Program-made: the position numbers and the translations under genes | In this document: piece by piece, positions 41,821-55,700 of the stretch | Layout of the letters: every line of letters begins with the position of its first letter | Position numbering within the stretch: position 1 is the first letter of the stretch | Source of the DNA: Ramazzottius varieornatus | Lineage: Eukaryota > Animalia > Tardigrada | Assembly: GCA_001949185.1 (NCBI GenBank) | Contig: BDGG01000002.1 | Span: forward strand, 2,105,826-2,169,825 | Direction of reading: 5' to 3' | Length of the DNA stretch: 64,000 bases | Notes under the pieces: generated by a model | What the model saw: only the letters and a program-made list of their open reading frames with translations | What the model was told of the DNA's origin: nothing | Database searches by the model: none

Positions 41821-42007
41821 ATTTCGGTGGGCAAATGATCTGTATACTGGTGCAAACATTCTCATGACAGTAATCTCTGTTTATTTATGTAAGCGAGTTT
41901 ATTACGTACTCCGTCACTAACAGCAAACATTGTATTGCACGATACCATAAACGCATTTGGAAACATGTTAACCGAATTCAGAAGAACCCAATTGTGAAAA
42001 CCGACTT

Positions 42008-43552
42008 CTAATTAAAAAGAAACACAGTCAACGCTAGTAGACGCAAGAAAAGCATGGGCGAAAAGCTGAGCAGGGAAGAAGCTGCATTACACAGACTGCT
42101 GTCGCAGAAACATAAGACATCCACAATTCCGGCGCTCCTCTGACTTGTCGTCAGTTCTAGAAATTCTCTTGTACCGTAAGGATGATACGTGCCATTGTTG
42201 CTACAGTAGTTTCGACTTGCAGGGCTCCAGATAAACCTCGGATCTATCATGCATCCGCGCACAATAGTTTCTAAACGGTAGAAAAGGAAGGGTCTGAACG
42301 GTGAAGCAGTATTGCTGGTGCTTCAGAGTACCATTTTGTGTGTCCCATGCCCAGCGCAGTATCAAATCAAATCAGGGGGTGAAAAGGCAGGACTGGCGCC
42401 CTCAGCAGGCCTTGGGGGTCTTGCGGCGTCCCATCAGTCAAATATGCCTACGAGTCAAACGACATAATTCGGGCATATCGATTTTCGCACCATAATTCGG
42501 GCAACGCGAAAAGTTTGAACATTATTGTCAACGCTTGATTCATCTCTTATCGTACGCCTGTTGATACAACATGAGGCTTTTTAACATTGGACAGACCCAT
42601 GTCTCTTCCAGGCCAAATTCCCGTGATTCAAAACGCTTTGTTGTTCTGAAACCTATTGAAACCTCCAGGAGAGGGATCAGTCTATCTCAGGAAACAAGAA
42701 GCGGTTCATTACGCGCAGCAAGAGCTGAGTAAAGATATGCCCAAATTACGAGTGAAAAACCGCCATGCCCGAATCATGTCGTTTACCTCGTACTGATTGG
42801 ACGCCACAAGATTACGTGCACCAGTAGAGGGCGCTGATCCCGGACATTTACACCCTGATTTCCTGCGACCCGCACTGCCGTGGGCACGCATACAGTTTCA
42901 ACCAGTTCGTTTTTTGAAGTGGCGAACACCTTCAGCTTGCATCACCGAGACCGTGCGCCACCTGAGATCACAAACTCGTTCAAGTTACAGTGTTTGCTCA
43001 CGGCTCATCTTGTCCGTGGGCATACGACCGAAGAAAGCTCAATGCTGCAATGGGGAAAGATAGTAGCTTACCGCCGGCAGGACTGTTTCGGACAAGACGC
43101 TTGAAGCAGACGGCACCGTCCGTGCAGTTCTGTTGGATGACGCTGTCACCATTACCGTTGAAGGAGTCGTCCCAGCAGGGGTCGTTCGTCGGAGACTTGT
43201 TACTTTCGTCCTGCAAAGCTGGAGTAAGGGTGGTGCTGGCTGCCGTAGTGGTGGTGGTGGTCGTGTTGTCTGTGCTCGACGTGGGTGGTTGCGGTGCGGC
43301 CATCGATACACCGCCCAGCAAGGGAGGAAGTTTGTAGGTGGAACGAGAAGCTTGGCACTGGTAGCACTGAAGTGGCGCAGCCGCTGGACTCAGGGAAGGA
43401 GATGACTGAGCGCGACCTAGCAAAAACGGTGTGATTTTGTGCATTACCCAGACGGTACCAAGTAGGCGGAATAACCTGCGAATTTTACCTGTACGTAAAA
43501 ACGGCAACAGCATCGCACTCAACATACAGAAACGCACTAAGATAACCAACAT
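42008..43552 (-). CDS. Ly6/uPAR three-finger (quiver-like) GPI-anchored protein, 3 exons
   Basis: Signal peptide; LQCYQC; DPC; NC...CFK; IVRGC; CFCDSSLCN; hydrophobic GPI-signal C-terminus. Confidence 0.85.
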
Positions 43553-43842
43553 GGTTGTATGCAATCGAACAATTCTGGGGTATTTTGGTTTACGTTCGCA
43601 AAAGAAACCGAGTTTACTATCGGGAGAAACAGGGAATTATGGCACACACTGACGAACTCGAATATTCGATAAGTAAAATGCCCAGCTTCGTAACGCGGAA
43701 GATGCATTCGAATTAGAGTGCACGCATACACAGTGTATGTAGCAACATCACGTTTAGAGTCATCTGGCGGCGTCTGTCGCTCAGCAACATCCTAAATTCC
43801 AAAGAACCAGGAAATAACACAAAGACTAGGACTGGGGTTGAA

Positions 43843-44276
43843 CTATCCAGGCACATGGCGCTGGTTAGACGAGGGAGATTCCCCAGGCCCATGCATATGA
43901 CCATGACCATGCCCGTCATGGCCGCGCTCTCCTTTCTTGACACCGGCAGCGGATCGCGAGAGCATGGCTCCTGCCTGGTAGGATCCGTTGCGAGAGTCCA
44001 TCGAGTCCATATATGATCTGCGACGGCGCTTGCGCAACCAAAAGCACAAGCCAAAAATCAAGGAGAACAACACCAGAAAACCAACGACCCCTCCGATCCA
44101 GTAATACAGCTGGTTATCCTTCTCTTTCTCTGCAATACCTGCGCCTTTAGCTGTTACCAAAATTCGATAACGTACAGTAACGAGAAGGTTAGGTGGCCAA
44201 ACTTACCACCCTCCGGCTTTTCAGTCTGGTTGATGCCGTTGTTGAAGCTTTCCTGTATCTCTTCCCCTACTCCCAT
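43843..44276 (-). CDS. Small single-pass membrane protein with a His/Gly-rich tail, 2 exons
   Basis: MGVGEEIQ..., GTAAGT...CAG intron, TM WIGGVVGFLVLFSLIFGLCFWL, stop-transfer RKRRRR. Confidence 0.6.
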
Positions 44277-44553
44277 ACTCCAGCGTGAAACGTCCAGAAT
44301 CACTTGTCGGTAATATTACAAAATCGGACCATGCTTTTTATTCGTTCATATTAGTACAGTCAGCAGTTACAGCTGTATTGCACACAAAAAAGTTGCACCG
44401 TTGTTACGTATACAGGGCGTTTATCGTTTTGCTAAAGCAATCGCCGTGTGTCACCTGACAACATCCAGAGTCATGAAGTAGCTGTCTAATTTGACTTATG
44501 AATCTTAGAATGAGAGGGAATTCTGTGGACTTGTCGCGAAGTAGGAAATGTGG

Positions 44554-45523
44554 TTATCCGGGAATGTGTTTGGTTTCGATGGAAGGTGTGGTGGCGACCG
44601 GCTTGTGGTCTACGAAATACTTAGGGATAACACCGTGTGCCATGAGTTTTCCTTGAGAATTCTTTTTCCGTCTATGAACTGCTACAGCATATGATACAAT
44701 GAACATGCATGCCAAGCCAAGGAGCACTCCCAGTGAAATCCTTAAGAACATCAGCGCTCTCGCTTTCGTGTCTTCGGGTTTTGCTGTAAAAACACAGCGC
44801 TCGAACAGTAATTCCCAAAACGCTTCTACTTGCAATCGCGCTTTACCTGACGCGGAGCAAGTTCAAATCATACCTGTGACGGTCCCATTCGTCGTAGATT
44901 CCTCGGTCATCATCGTACGGGCTAATGTACTACAGCGCGGATTAGGGCAAAATATTACAGTGTGGGTGACGGTGCCATATTTTGTTCAGTCCATTTTTTC
45001 CCGAGATCGGCTCCGATACGGAATAAGACCAATCAAGCCGTGCAAAAAAACTGGTTATCTGATACAAGAGGCAAAATTAGTACAGATTTTTTTTTAATTT
45101 ACAGAAGGTGTATATTTAGTATTCTCAAACGAGAAACGTAGAAATGTTTATGTCGGCTCTCTATGGAATTCCCCGTGCTGTGTTTGCCGTGTATCTGCGC
45201 AACAGCGGATGGGGAATTTTCCAGTCAGTTCGGTAAAGTAAGTCCGGTTAGAAAGGATTACCGGCAGCTCCCCGTTTGGGTTGGACACAAAGCTTGGACC
45301 CTTTCTGCAGTTTGGTGAAGGCATTGATTTCCGGGTTAAATCGGCGAATATTAGCAATGGTTTCGCCATACTGGCCCGCCACACTGGATACCGTATCGTG
45401 GCCCGTAACGGTATGATACTTGGAACAAGCGGCACCCTCCACATCCCCTCTCGTCAGCAACAATATGATCCCCAGAAACAGTACAAGCTTAACACAGAGG
45501 ACATCCAGATTTGTAAGAGCCAT
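44554..45523 (-). pseudogene. LysM-domain type-I membrane protein (signal peptide, LysM, EGF-like remnant, TM), disrupted
   Basis: CSKYHTVTGHDTVSSVAGQYGETIANIRRFNPEI...LQKGSKLCV is a Cys-bracketed LysM. Downstream DCK*KRFGNYCS is EGF-like with stops and frameshifts. TM ISLGVLLGLACMFIVSYAVAV followed by HRRKK. Confidence 0.7.
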
Positions 45524-47269
45524 GTTTAGCAGTTATTTTCAATCCACAAAGAAGGATTTAATGGCTTTCTTACGTCTGGAAAGTTAATGTGGGGCAGAAT
45601 TAACTTCGCGAGCTGTAGCCAGTGTTGTTTCTCCAGATGGCCAGTCTGATACGGAGTACTTTGGCTGTGAAGATGAAGGTGATAAGTTAGAATCTTCCGA
45701 CGTCAAAAGACTACAGGGTAGGAATACCACTGCACAATTTTGAACCTTACGGCTTTTTCATTCCAAAGATAGTGGGTGTTCCTACGTTTGCGGTAAGCGC
45801 CTGTCCGTTCATGTCTTACAAATGGAAGGACACAAGTCAGCTACTAGCGGCTCATTGTAACCCGAAACTATCAGAATGGACGAAGCATGTAGATCTCTTT
45901 TCCTATTTCGTTTATTCTCCACTGCACGTATAGTTCAGTTCAGGCAAACCAGGATGGGTAAGCTGGGATCAGAATTCCTGCATTGCTGCCGGTTTCTGGC
46001 TTACTCTCAACCAGACCGCCTAGGTATGGAGATCCTTTCCTTCTTCCTAGCTGAGATCACTACCTAGAGTGTTTCCCCCAAAAGACAACTGAAAAAGAAA
46101 ATTAATACCTATGTACCACAGTAGTTGCTAGCCTTTGCGTGCGGAGGGAAGGAGATCGAAAAGAAACTGAACTTCCTTCCTTTGTATTCTCCAACTGTGC
46201 CAGACGTGCTTCCAGTGCTCTTATTTTAGGCCGCTTCATTTGGAGTACCCATCTTCTTACGGGAATGCAGCTGCTTGTTACGATTGTCGTTGGTTTTCCG
46301 TGAACATCGACCATCGACTGTTCACTGTTGGTCCTGTTGTTACTTCTGTATATATTCCGGGGTGCCTGTTGTTCACTTCTGGGAACTGACTTTCGACGAA
46401 CTGCGGCGACATTGCGGTGATGACCATGTCGGGGAATGAAGGTAACGGGTTAGTACGTGTAGAGTTAAAGCTGGCCCAGTTATCGATATACAGTAGTCAA
46501 AGTCGACATCTTCATCGATACCGTCGCTGTCCTCCTTTTCGCCCCCGGAACCGTCCTCGTGTCTGTTTTAGACTACGTTCAGCAACGTATGGAGGTTTTC
46601 GGGATAAACGTGGTATGGGTCGATCGAGGGTCTTCTGGATGCAGGAGTGATCGAGATGGAGGATGAAGAAGATGCCAGGATGTCTGGGAGCGATCACGCC
46701 GTATACAAAGTAATGCAGTTGAACGGGAGCGGAATGATCTCTTTGTAGTCAATCTGGAAGAAAACGATAACATGGGCTTCTCGGTCAGTGAGACTTTTCA
46801 CTGATGCCGAGAATGTCCATCTGGCTCGAGGGAATCGGGGAGGATACAGGATCTGGGCTACGCTATCGAGGAGGCTACAGTAGTCATTATTACAGATGGT
46901 GCCACTGATGAAGGTATCAGCAAACGGACGACCTGGCGCCCATTCGAGCCGCCGGAGTTTTCTACCATGGGGGGATCGAGTTGCAACGTACTGTAGACTA
47001 CAGAATACGTCGTAGCGCACTAAACCCACCATGGATAAATTGCTCCTAAAAACCCATTATGTGAATCAGGAAATTGATGCTCCCTTTTTCGTATATTTGC
47101 ACTCATCAGGACGCATCCTGTCACCAAGCACTTTAGGACTGGCTGTTTCATTCAACGAAAACAAAGTAATTATGTTTTTCTTCAGCAACGGAGTGACGCA
47201 TGATCTTACGAACAGCATGTTGCATGAATCAAGTCGGAAATTCAGTTCGCTGACTGACCGGATTTCCAT

Positions 47270-48012
47270 GATACTCCTTCGTCGGTAATCTCTGGGCTCG
47301 TGCCGGCAATAATTGTGCTGTCAGTGTGCCTCAGAGACCGACTAACGCCCACGACATGCCAGGTATTCAGACCTGCTGTCGCTATTTGCCGTCTTCTGTC
47401 TTGTACTTTCAGTTTTCGAATGAGTTCTAGAGTAAGCTACTGTGTCATCGATGCATAGGGTCATGCCATACTGCCTAAGATATTTGAAATACTGCAAGGT
47501 TCCCGTGCAAATTACAGTCGTTACGAGACATCTAGTTTCTCTGTCTGAGCGATACATGGCCGCTTGTAACGCTACCCTTGTCAATTTACATCAGGATCCA
47601 CGGACAGTAACTGCACAAGAACCAATACTGCAGTAGTGATTGGCAACGTAGGATTGTACCCCAATGTTGAGGTCGCTGTATGGATACTTCTCGTCGTCGG
47701 TGTGGGAACCGTTGTCTCGAACGGTATGTTCCTTCTAGCCTACTGGAAAAGCTCTCCCGGGCGGGAAATCGTCTGTCTGGCTCTCGGACATTTCACTTCA
47801 AAGTCTTAACATATCTCGTGGCGGAAACTGTCGCATTCTGGACTCCAAACGTGGTTTTTTTTGCCCTCGCTAGTACATTGAATTTGGCTGATTTTACCTA
47901 TTATACATCTACAGTGGTCTTACTCGCTCTCAACCCACTAACTACTCCTATCACTTATCCGCTGGCGTCAACGGAGTGGCGAAAAGCGTTCAAAAGCCTG
48001 ATAACGCGCTGA
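47270..48012 (+). pseudogene. Class A GPCR pseudogene fragment
   Basis: TM3 C...LSERYMAA; TM6 AFWTP; TM7 NPLTTPITY; helix-8 EWRKAF; pieces lie in different frames. Confidence 0.65.
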
Positions 48013-50018
48013 CGTCGTTTGCGGAATTTCAACCTTTTTATTTTCTCGAATTCTAGCTTTGGTCAAGAGAGTTCCAAAAACCGCACTATTAATAGAAAAA
48101 CAGAAGTGAACTACGAGACAGTTGGTTGTCTTTGTCGGTTTTGTGGTTTTTGTTGTTGTCTATCGTTTTCAGTCTATCCACACAAAAATGTCCCAATAAA
48201 TTCTGACGCATAGGGAGCAGATCGTCAGTGTACTGAGTTAAGAATTAGAGAAAAACTTTGTCGGCGGTGAATAGGCTTTCGGGCTGCCTATTCCCGTCAT
48301 TCTATATCTTACTGACGAGGCACGCGAAAGAGCTGTCCGAGCCTCCGAGGCTCCTGTGCTCCATCCAACAGAATCAGGGGCGGAAGTTGGTTCAAAAAGT
48401 TGGAAAAAGAAATCATCTAGAGGAACATTGCGAAAGACCATCTTGTAAGCCAGGGAGTCTTTGATCCTTTCCAGTATCAAAGTCTTCATGCTCAGCTGAT
48501 AAAGCCGACCGCAGCAGATTTCGACGAACGGGTCTTCTCATGGCAGCATATTGGGTAGCGTCATTTAAAAAGTCAGTTCTTCGCGATTTTTCAGAACCTT
48601 GCCTTTTTGACGGGTACCAGTGCTTAAAGTATCATTTGACCATAATGCTGACCATGAGTATCAGATGACTAAAATCTTGACTGACCTTTGTAACAACCAG
48701 CCATGTGGACCACTGATGTAAATATCGTGCGGTCACATTCCTCATGGTGCAACAGGACGATTCGTTACTGTGTCATATCTATGACTTTCGATGCGTTATA
48801 TTATTTGCGATGGGTGTCGGCGGCCCAGTTTGCGTACGAACGGTTGCTAGCTAAAATGATCAGGAAACGAGTTTGCAGTTTTGGAACCCGAAGGGAAATC
48901 TTCCACTGCTACTGCGATCTGGTGTAATAAACATCGAGGAACCAGATTTCGAAACCCATATAGCCGTCTGACCAGTGGTCGGATGGTTACGTCAGGAAGG
49001 TCTGAGGAGGTCCTATATTTTATTTGGAAAATTTTTGACGTCATGTAGCATGAAAATGTGGAGGCAGTCGTTCTGGCATTAAAACTCCTCGAAGGAATAT
49101 TTGACTTAGTGGTTGCCCCTGAAATTTTCTAGAGTGTCTTCCCACAAGGGCGAACAGTTTTGTGCCAAATCTGTCTGTGGACCGTGGCGAAGCGTACGTA
49201 GCGAGGCTGGCACTTAAAGCCCCTGAATGTTGGCAACAACTTCATGTCGAAAAAGGGTCGTTGGGACTCAAAAAAGTTCGTATGCAAATTGGGCCGCCGA
49301 TACCCCCATGCCTTTTCCCTTGAGTCGAACCGACTCGAGCTGAAAGTCTGTGCTTCATGGAAATGCCGCATGACATAATCGTGCACGCAATGGATCCCTA
49401 GCGGGGGTTGTCAAGATATCATAGGCGATCCGAGGCTGATCTTTACTTGTGTTCATGACGTGTCGCGGCATGCCCGTGGAAAGTTGCAGTACTAGACACC
49501 AGCCTACCTCCTCGCGTGGCTTTGTATCCAGATGCTGAGCGCAAAATGTCTTGGGCTTGTTCGATAATGCACTGAATTCTCTATGGACTGGCCTAAAAAA
49601 CCTCACGAGTCAGCTGGACACTTGAGCGCGACAACGAGAAATACGTCCCCTGAACAACTCACGAAATCGCGAAAAACTGAGTTTGCAAATGACGCAACCA
49701 AATATACTTTAAAATACCTTAAATATACCATATAAATATTTTAGATTTGTCTTAAATATACCCTAAAACATCTCAAATTCAGCTACATTCTTGCCAAGAC
49801 CATTTCAAACGCAGGCCGAAAATCTTGACGATAAAGACCGTGGTGCGTTAAACTGGAAACACAAGTTCAAGTAAAAAAAGACATCATGCGATAAAATAGA
49901 CGTGGAACACTGCTCGTAATACCGGTAAGAACTCTATTACACCGTGAACGCGGTTTATGAAAGATACACTGGAAAGGAATGGCTAGAGTATCCGGTATGT
50001 CAAATTTCACAAATTTGT

Positions 50019-51844
50019 TCAAATTTTGATGTCGTCACCGGCAGCTGTGTTAGCCAGGCGAGCACGCTCGCGCATCCAGCGTTGCTTCCTGCTCTCGTCG
50101 ATGGTGCAGGTCGACCCATCAAACTGGTACAAGTCTTCGGTCTGCTTCGAGTCTTCCATCGGGATCGGCAAGCCCATCTTCCGAGCTGCCAAGAAGGCCG
50201 CACCGTAGGCTGATGATCCGTTCAGCTTGATCATGCGCAAAGCTGGCACACAGTGGTTCAACCCTTCCAAAAAACCTGTAAAGGGAAGCGGATGCAACAA
50301 GTGACGCACTTTTTCGTACTTGAAGCCGAAGAAACGCCCGAGCTGCTTAGGAAACCTGAGCAAAACATTATGTTGCGCCATGCAATGCAAATTAGCCCAA
50401 CAAATGTGTCACTTGATATGGGCATCCATATCGGAGCCAAGTGGCGCACTTCCCCCATGCAGTGTGCCGCGACAGTGCGCCAGTCAATGGGGCAGACAGT
50501 GGACCACGACTGGCACACTTCAGCACGTATTTCACCCTTCCAGGCGCGCCACTTGAACCTTACCGTCTTTCAGCAAATCCCAGCTTTTCCAAACAGATCC
50601 GACGCAGACGACTGGGCAACCACCAGGTCTGGTAAGCAGCTCGTTCTGGATCAGCGGTGTCACAGCTCTGACATGTTCGGCTAAGCGCAGTCCTGTGAAA
50701 CAGTTACGTGAAGTGCACATGCCAGATCAGATGCAACAAGGAAATTTACCGGCTTCGTGGTACAAGTACTGGCACAACGGGTCTTTGTGCTCTTTGGCTC
50801 CTTTGGCGATACCCGCCGCCATGCTTGCAATAACCGACTTCTGAAATGGCGAGTAGTAGAACGGCAGGATCTCTGAGCGTTGCGTCACCTTGAAGAAGTC
50901 GAAGATCTGTCCGCGCAGGACGTCGATGTTAAAGTCAAAAGGACGGTAGTTGTCATCTGCCTCGAAGAGAATCTTAATGGCTCGTGTGGCGATCCAGTAC
51001 GCCGATCCCTCATCCGCCAGCAGATGTCCCCAACCGCCACACTTGTGCTGACTGCCGTCTGGATTGCTCAAGACACAGTTCGACCCCGTTCCTGCAAACA
51101 AAGAAGTAAAATCCAACCGGTTGAACCGGCAATACCCAACGAATAATGAAACAACTGTCACGTGCCACCAATGTACTAAGTTAACTGTGTCGTGTGTGGT
51201 ATACGTCAACTCCGCCACTGACACACAAAACCAGGTGGCGGAAGTAATGAATACTGGCCACCAAACAAGTCAACCGCAACACACGATCGCATCGTCCGTT
51301 CCGTCAGGACTTTACTCAAACACGGCAAACTGACGGATCCGTTTTGAGAATTTATTGATTGAACATTTTCATTTGATTTGGCAAACGTTCACTGCAGGTG
51401 TTTTTCTACTTCCTCCAAAAACCCCTTCTCTCCCGTACCTGCGATGATGACGATGCCAGCGAGATCCGGCAGAGCCGTAGCCATAGAGCCGATGGTGTCG
51501 TTCTCGATGACGTATTCCGTGGCAGGATTGCCGTACTCCGTTCGCAACGCTTCGACCAGCTCGTTATTCATTTTGACGTCGTCAGCGCCAGACAGACACA
51601 ACCCAAGCCCGGATATTTGGACGGAATCATCCAGCTTGGCGGTCTTTCGAATGTCCTGAACCATGGCTATGATATTCTCGCATGTCTTGGGGATACCGAT
51701 GTTCCACATGTTGGTGGTGTCGCCTTTGCAGGTGGCCAACAGCTTGCCTTTCTCGTCCAGCAAGACCGCGTTGGACGACGTCCCGCCACCTTCCACTCCC
51801 ATGAAGTACATCGGTCCTGAAGTCTTATTCTCCACTGGAGCCAT
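50019..51844 (-). CDS. NAGK: N-acetyl-D-glucosamine kinase, 4 exons
   Basis: GVEGGGTS; LGLCLSGAD; NDTIGSMATA; IAG|TGSNC; CGGWGHLLADEGSAYWIA; VVCVGSVWKSWDLL; SSAYGAA. Confidence 0.95.
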
Positions 51845-52787
51845 TGTTAGACCTGTGAAACATCATGCGGTAAAAGACCAGGAACCAAAGACAGCGGCAA
51901 ATGCGGGAGGAAGATTCATATGCAGATATGCAATTTTCCATACTTGTCACGTTTGACTCACAGCTGATTTCTTGCTGCGGACGACGAAAAAAGCTTCGGA
52001 TATTCGGATGAGCTGCTTGCCCGGTTTGACTGAAGCTTGTCTTTCTCGAAAGAAACGCGGAGGTGATCAGGTGAGAAAATGGACGGCAGAAAGACAAACT
52101 CGGCAAGCAAGCCGGGGAAAACCTGTCTTGCTCGCCGTTCCAAAAAGCAAAGTTCCAACACAATGGACTGTTGTGGTTTGACGTCGTATTAGTTGATAAG
52201 TGCATGACGCAGCATGAAGAAGCATTACCTCCTCCGTACGGGCGCAACTGAATACTTCGTACTGTGTCGATGTAGCCTTGACTCCTTGTATCTCCGTTTT
52301 GTATTCTGTCGTCTTTCCCTCCAGAAATTCCAGATGCTATGCTCAAGAACTTCCCACTTTCCTCACAGCATATAAGCAATTTTCAGAAACACTTCAGATT
52401 TTCTCGATGGATTTCAGTTCCTCACGTTGAAGAAATCTTGTTTGCCGAATTACGAGGATAAACAATGCACGTTGAGAGTGCAGGACGAGATTTGTTGTCG
52501 AGAGAAGCGGCAGGACCTCAAGTTGGCTGACACACACTGTAGTTACGGAGAAGATCAACCTAATTACGCGACCCACAACATGGGTTTCTTTGTGAAATTA
52601 CCCTTATCCAGGAACGAACAGGAACCTTTGTTCCAGTCATTGACGTTGTAGTTTGTCCTGTCGACACCAACGAAATCCTATCGTACTGCGTTTATCAATG
52701 AATAAATACTTTATGTTGCTGAAAGACTGGAAATGACCGTAGACGTTAACCGTTCAAGGGCCAAAGTTAAGTCGACCGTATCGGTAT

Positions 52788-55700
52788 CAGTCGTGCGGAG
52801 TTTTCGGAAAGCAGAGTTCCGCTGAGAGTTTTTGCCTCCCGGCCCGCTCAGTTGGCCGCTCAGTTAACTTTCTAACTGACAGTTTTCCGCTCAGTTAAGT
52901 TCAGTTTGACAAAGCCGCACAATAATCATTTAACTTTCGCGATTTATTCATCAAGGGATAGGATACGTCGACCGAGAAGTGCGGTAAGGAGATCAGAATT
53001 AACATTACAAAACAATAGCATTTCAAAATTCAGATCGCTGGCTGAGAGTCTACGATCACGTAAAATCTGACCGGAAATACTAAAAATTCTTTCAATACCG
53101 GCAGTTGTCGCAGTAGCGCACAAAACTTGTTTAGCGATAACTGTAAGTCGCTTGAAAATATCTTGATTTTCTTTCTTGGCGTAGAATTCAAGAGGATTGA
53201 TCTCATCTCATCTGGGATTCGGATACAGCTGAAACCCAGTTTCGATACTGACTGCCGAAATAGTGTCTCTTCGCGAGGAAACTGAGGAACGAGGTTCTTT
53301 GTCCATGAAGCTAAAGAGCTTCGAACGCTTCACTTTGGGTTCTTCGCTTCGGGATTCTGGTGGTGGTCTTGTTAGCTCGACACGTCGCATCATTTCCAGC
53401 ACGATGGCTTGTGTTCTGCTCTTCACGGCTTCCGGATTTTCTGCTCCATGAGTAAAACTAAATTTAATAGCAGGCTCCAGAAACGCTGCTGCCAAAAACA
53501 AGTCGTCGTTCTCAAGCGACGAAAATCTAACATTACGCTGTTTGAAAAGTTCCTCCGCGTAGTTGTGAAGAGTTAAGAACTGATCACCATCGAGGATTCC
53601 CTAAAGGAAGATGCGAAGGCCGTATATCAACGGAAGAACTTGGCAAATAGCAGGCACTCCGTTTCGCTGCAGTGTTTCAAAGGCTTCTTGAAAAGGTCTT
53701 GTCATTTCAACAAAGTCCTCCAGAATATTTTGGTGCTCGCGACTCAGCCTGTGTTTGGGATCGAGGCCAGCTGCCGTCCAGTCTAACTTTATGGCTCGCT
53801 CAGCCATGATTAAATTGCTGTTCCATCGAGTGGCGCAACGTGCTTTCAGTGCCATTCCCAGCTCCTTTTCCACATATTCAGTGCCTTGAGTTGAATTCTT
53901 CAGCTTTGCCACAACCGACGCGAGCTTTTCGACTCAGTTGTTTAGCATCTTACAGTTTTCAACAGGTGTCTTCAGGCAGAGCTGCAGTGTGTGAGCAACA
54001 CACCTTACCTAAAACATGGACTCCATATCACAAAAATATATTTGCCGTGAATGTAGAGATACGGATTAAAATGCAACGAATTGAATTAATTTCATAAAGA
54101 TCAGCCCGAACTAAAAAGATTTTTCGGTCTGGCATCAGTTCGTATCGCTGTATCAACTTCTCGGCCACTTCTTTTGCCAGAGGACTGCGCGTGTCGAGGT
54201 CTTCGGCATCTATCGGCTCCAGTTCAAGCTCCTCGTCACCGTAAATGACCCGACGAAAGACATCTTCCATATCGGTATCTGCACACACGACAAAAAAATC
54301 ACCCGATATAACATCAAACTAAAGTTAATTTATTCTGTAAAATCGACAGCTCTTATCATTTACTAAGAATGCAGTTAAACAGTTTCTTGATTAGAGTTTG
54401 ACGACTTACCCAATTTGTTTGGATCATGGAGGTCGATAAATCCAGGAAACCAATCTTTGGAAGCATTGACAATGTTTGCTCTTTTGTCTGTTCCAATGTA
54501 GCAAACCTTGCTTTCAATCTCAAACTTCGTTAACACCTCCACAGTCAAATCCAATATTTGATCGGCGTTGTGAATTCTACTGAATCTCGAGCAGGCTAAA
54601 AGGACATGTTGAAGCTTGAAGTTTTCGTCGATATAATGCGCAATAACTCCGAGGTATCCTCTCTGACGCTTGCTGCTCCAGATATCGCAATTGATTGCAA
54701 TGGCAGTGGCACTCTTTAGAAGGTCCAGTACTTTCGTTTCTAACTTCTTGTAGATGCTTGGTAAAAGGCGCCTGCTGATGGTGTCCCATTTAGGCCACTA
54801 AATAAAAGTAGTTTATTTGATTATCAGCGCAAGTGGAACGTATGTGATAATGAAGCAATAATTTCTAATTTTATCCTGTTGAAAAATACCTTTAGAGCGA
54901 AATCCGCTCCTTTTATCGCTCGGTCAAATGAACTGCGTCCGAGAATGTCAGGGCATATCAGAGTCTCCACTTGAATCCGAGCTACATTCAGGTCGAGTAA
55001 ACGTTGCTTCGGATGATTCCTTGGGAAGGCTGGCTTCTTCATTCTAGAAGTCCATCGATTTTCGTCTTTGTCGAGGAATCCTCTTTCTTTGGTCGTTCTG
55101 CGACAAAAGTTACAAAATCGTGCAAAAGAAACGTTCAACCATCAAAGTTAAGATTGGAACAGTCTGATAAATTTAAATTTCAATAAAGAGATTATGAGAA
55201 ATCAATCAACGTATTGTGAACTTACTGCTTCTTTGTAATGTTCATTAATCACATGATTTTTGAAGTTGCTGTAGCCCTCTTGACTGCATACAACTTTCTC
55301 CTTCCGACACAGTTTGCACCGCCCTTTATGTAGAGTAATCTTACGACCGGTCTTTGAGGATCTTTCCGTCAACGGGTTATTATAAGAGGCCGTGAAGAAG
55401 TCCTTAGCAACTCTCGCATCTGCAAGCTTCTTCAGCTCCTTGGCGGTCACTTTCTTTGTGGATTCCATTTCGATTTCTGGAGAATCATCACTGTCGATCA
55501 CCACCACCGCTTCGCCAGGCATGTCCGTATTCCGTGAGGAGCACTAGACTGAAACGAAGAGTAACACAACCACCAAGAAGGCAAAACAGCTGCTGCGGAA
55601 AACTAATTGTAGGGGAAAAGTGGAAAACCAAGAACTGTTTAACTATCAGTAGAGCCCGAACTTTGAAAGTAATCAGGCAATCAGTATGACAGAAGGGCCT

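Noticed and set aside
34000-42000. Hox-associated microRNAs (miR-10, miR-993, iab-4)
   Set aside because: I saw no match to the mature sequences by eye.
46100-47032. Possible decayed membrane-protein gene on the minus strand
   Set aside because: Hydrophobic fragments only, with many stops and no diagnostic motif.
48238-49606. Protein-like minus-strand ORF fragments
   Set aside because: Interrupted in all frames; no family could be assigned.
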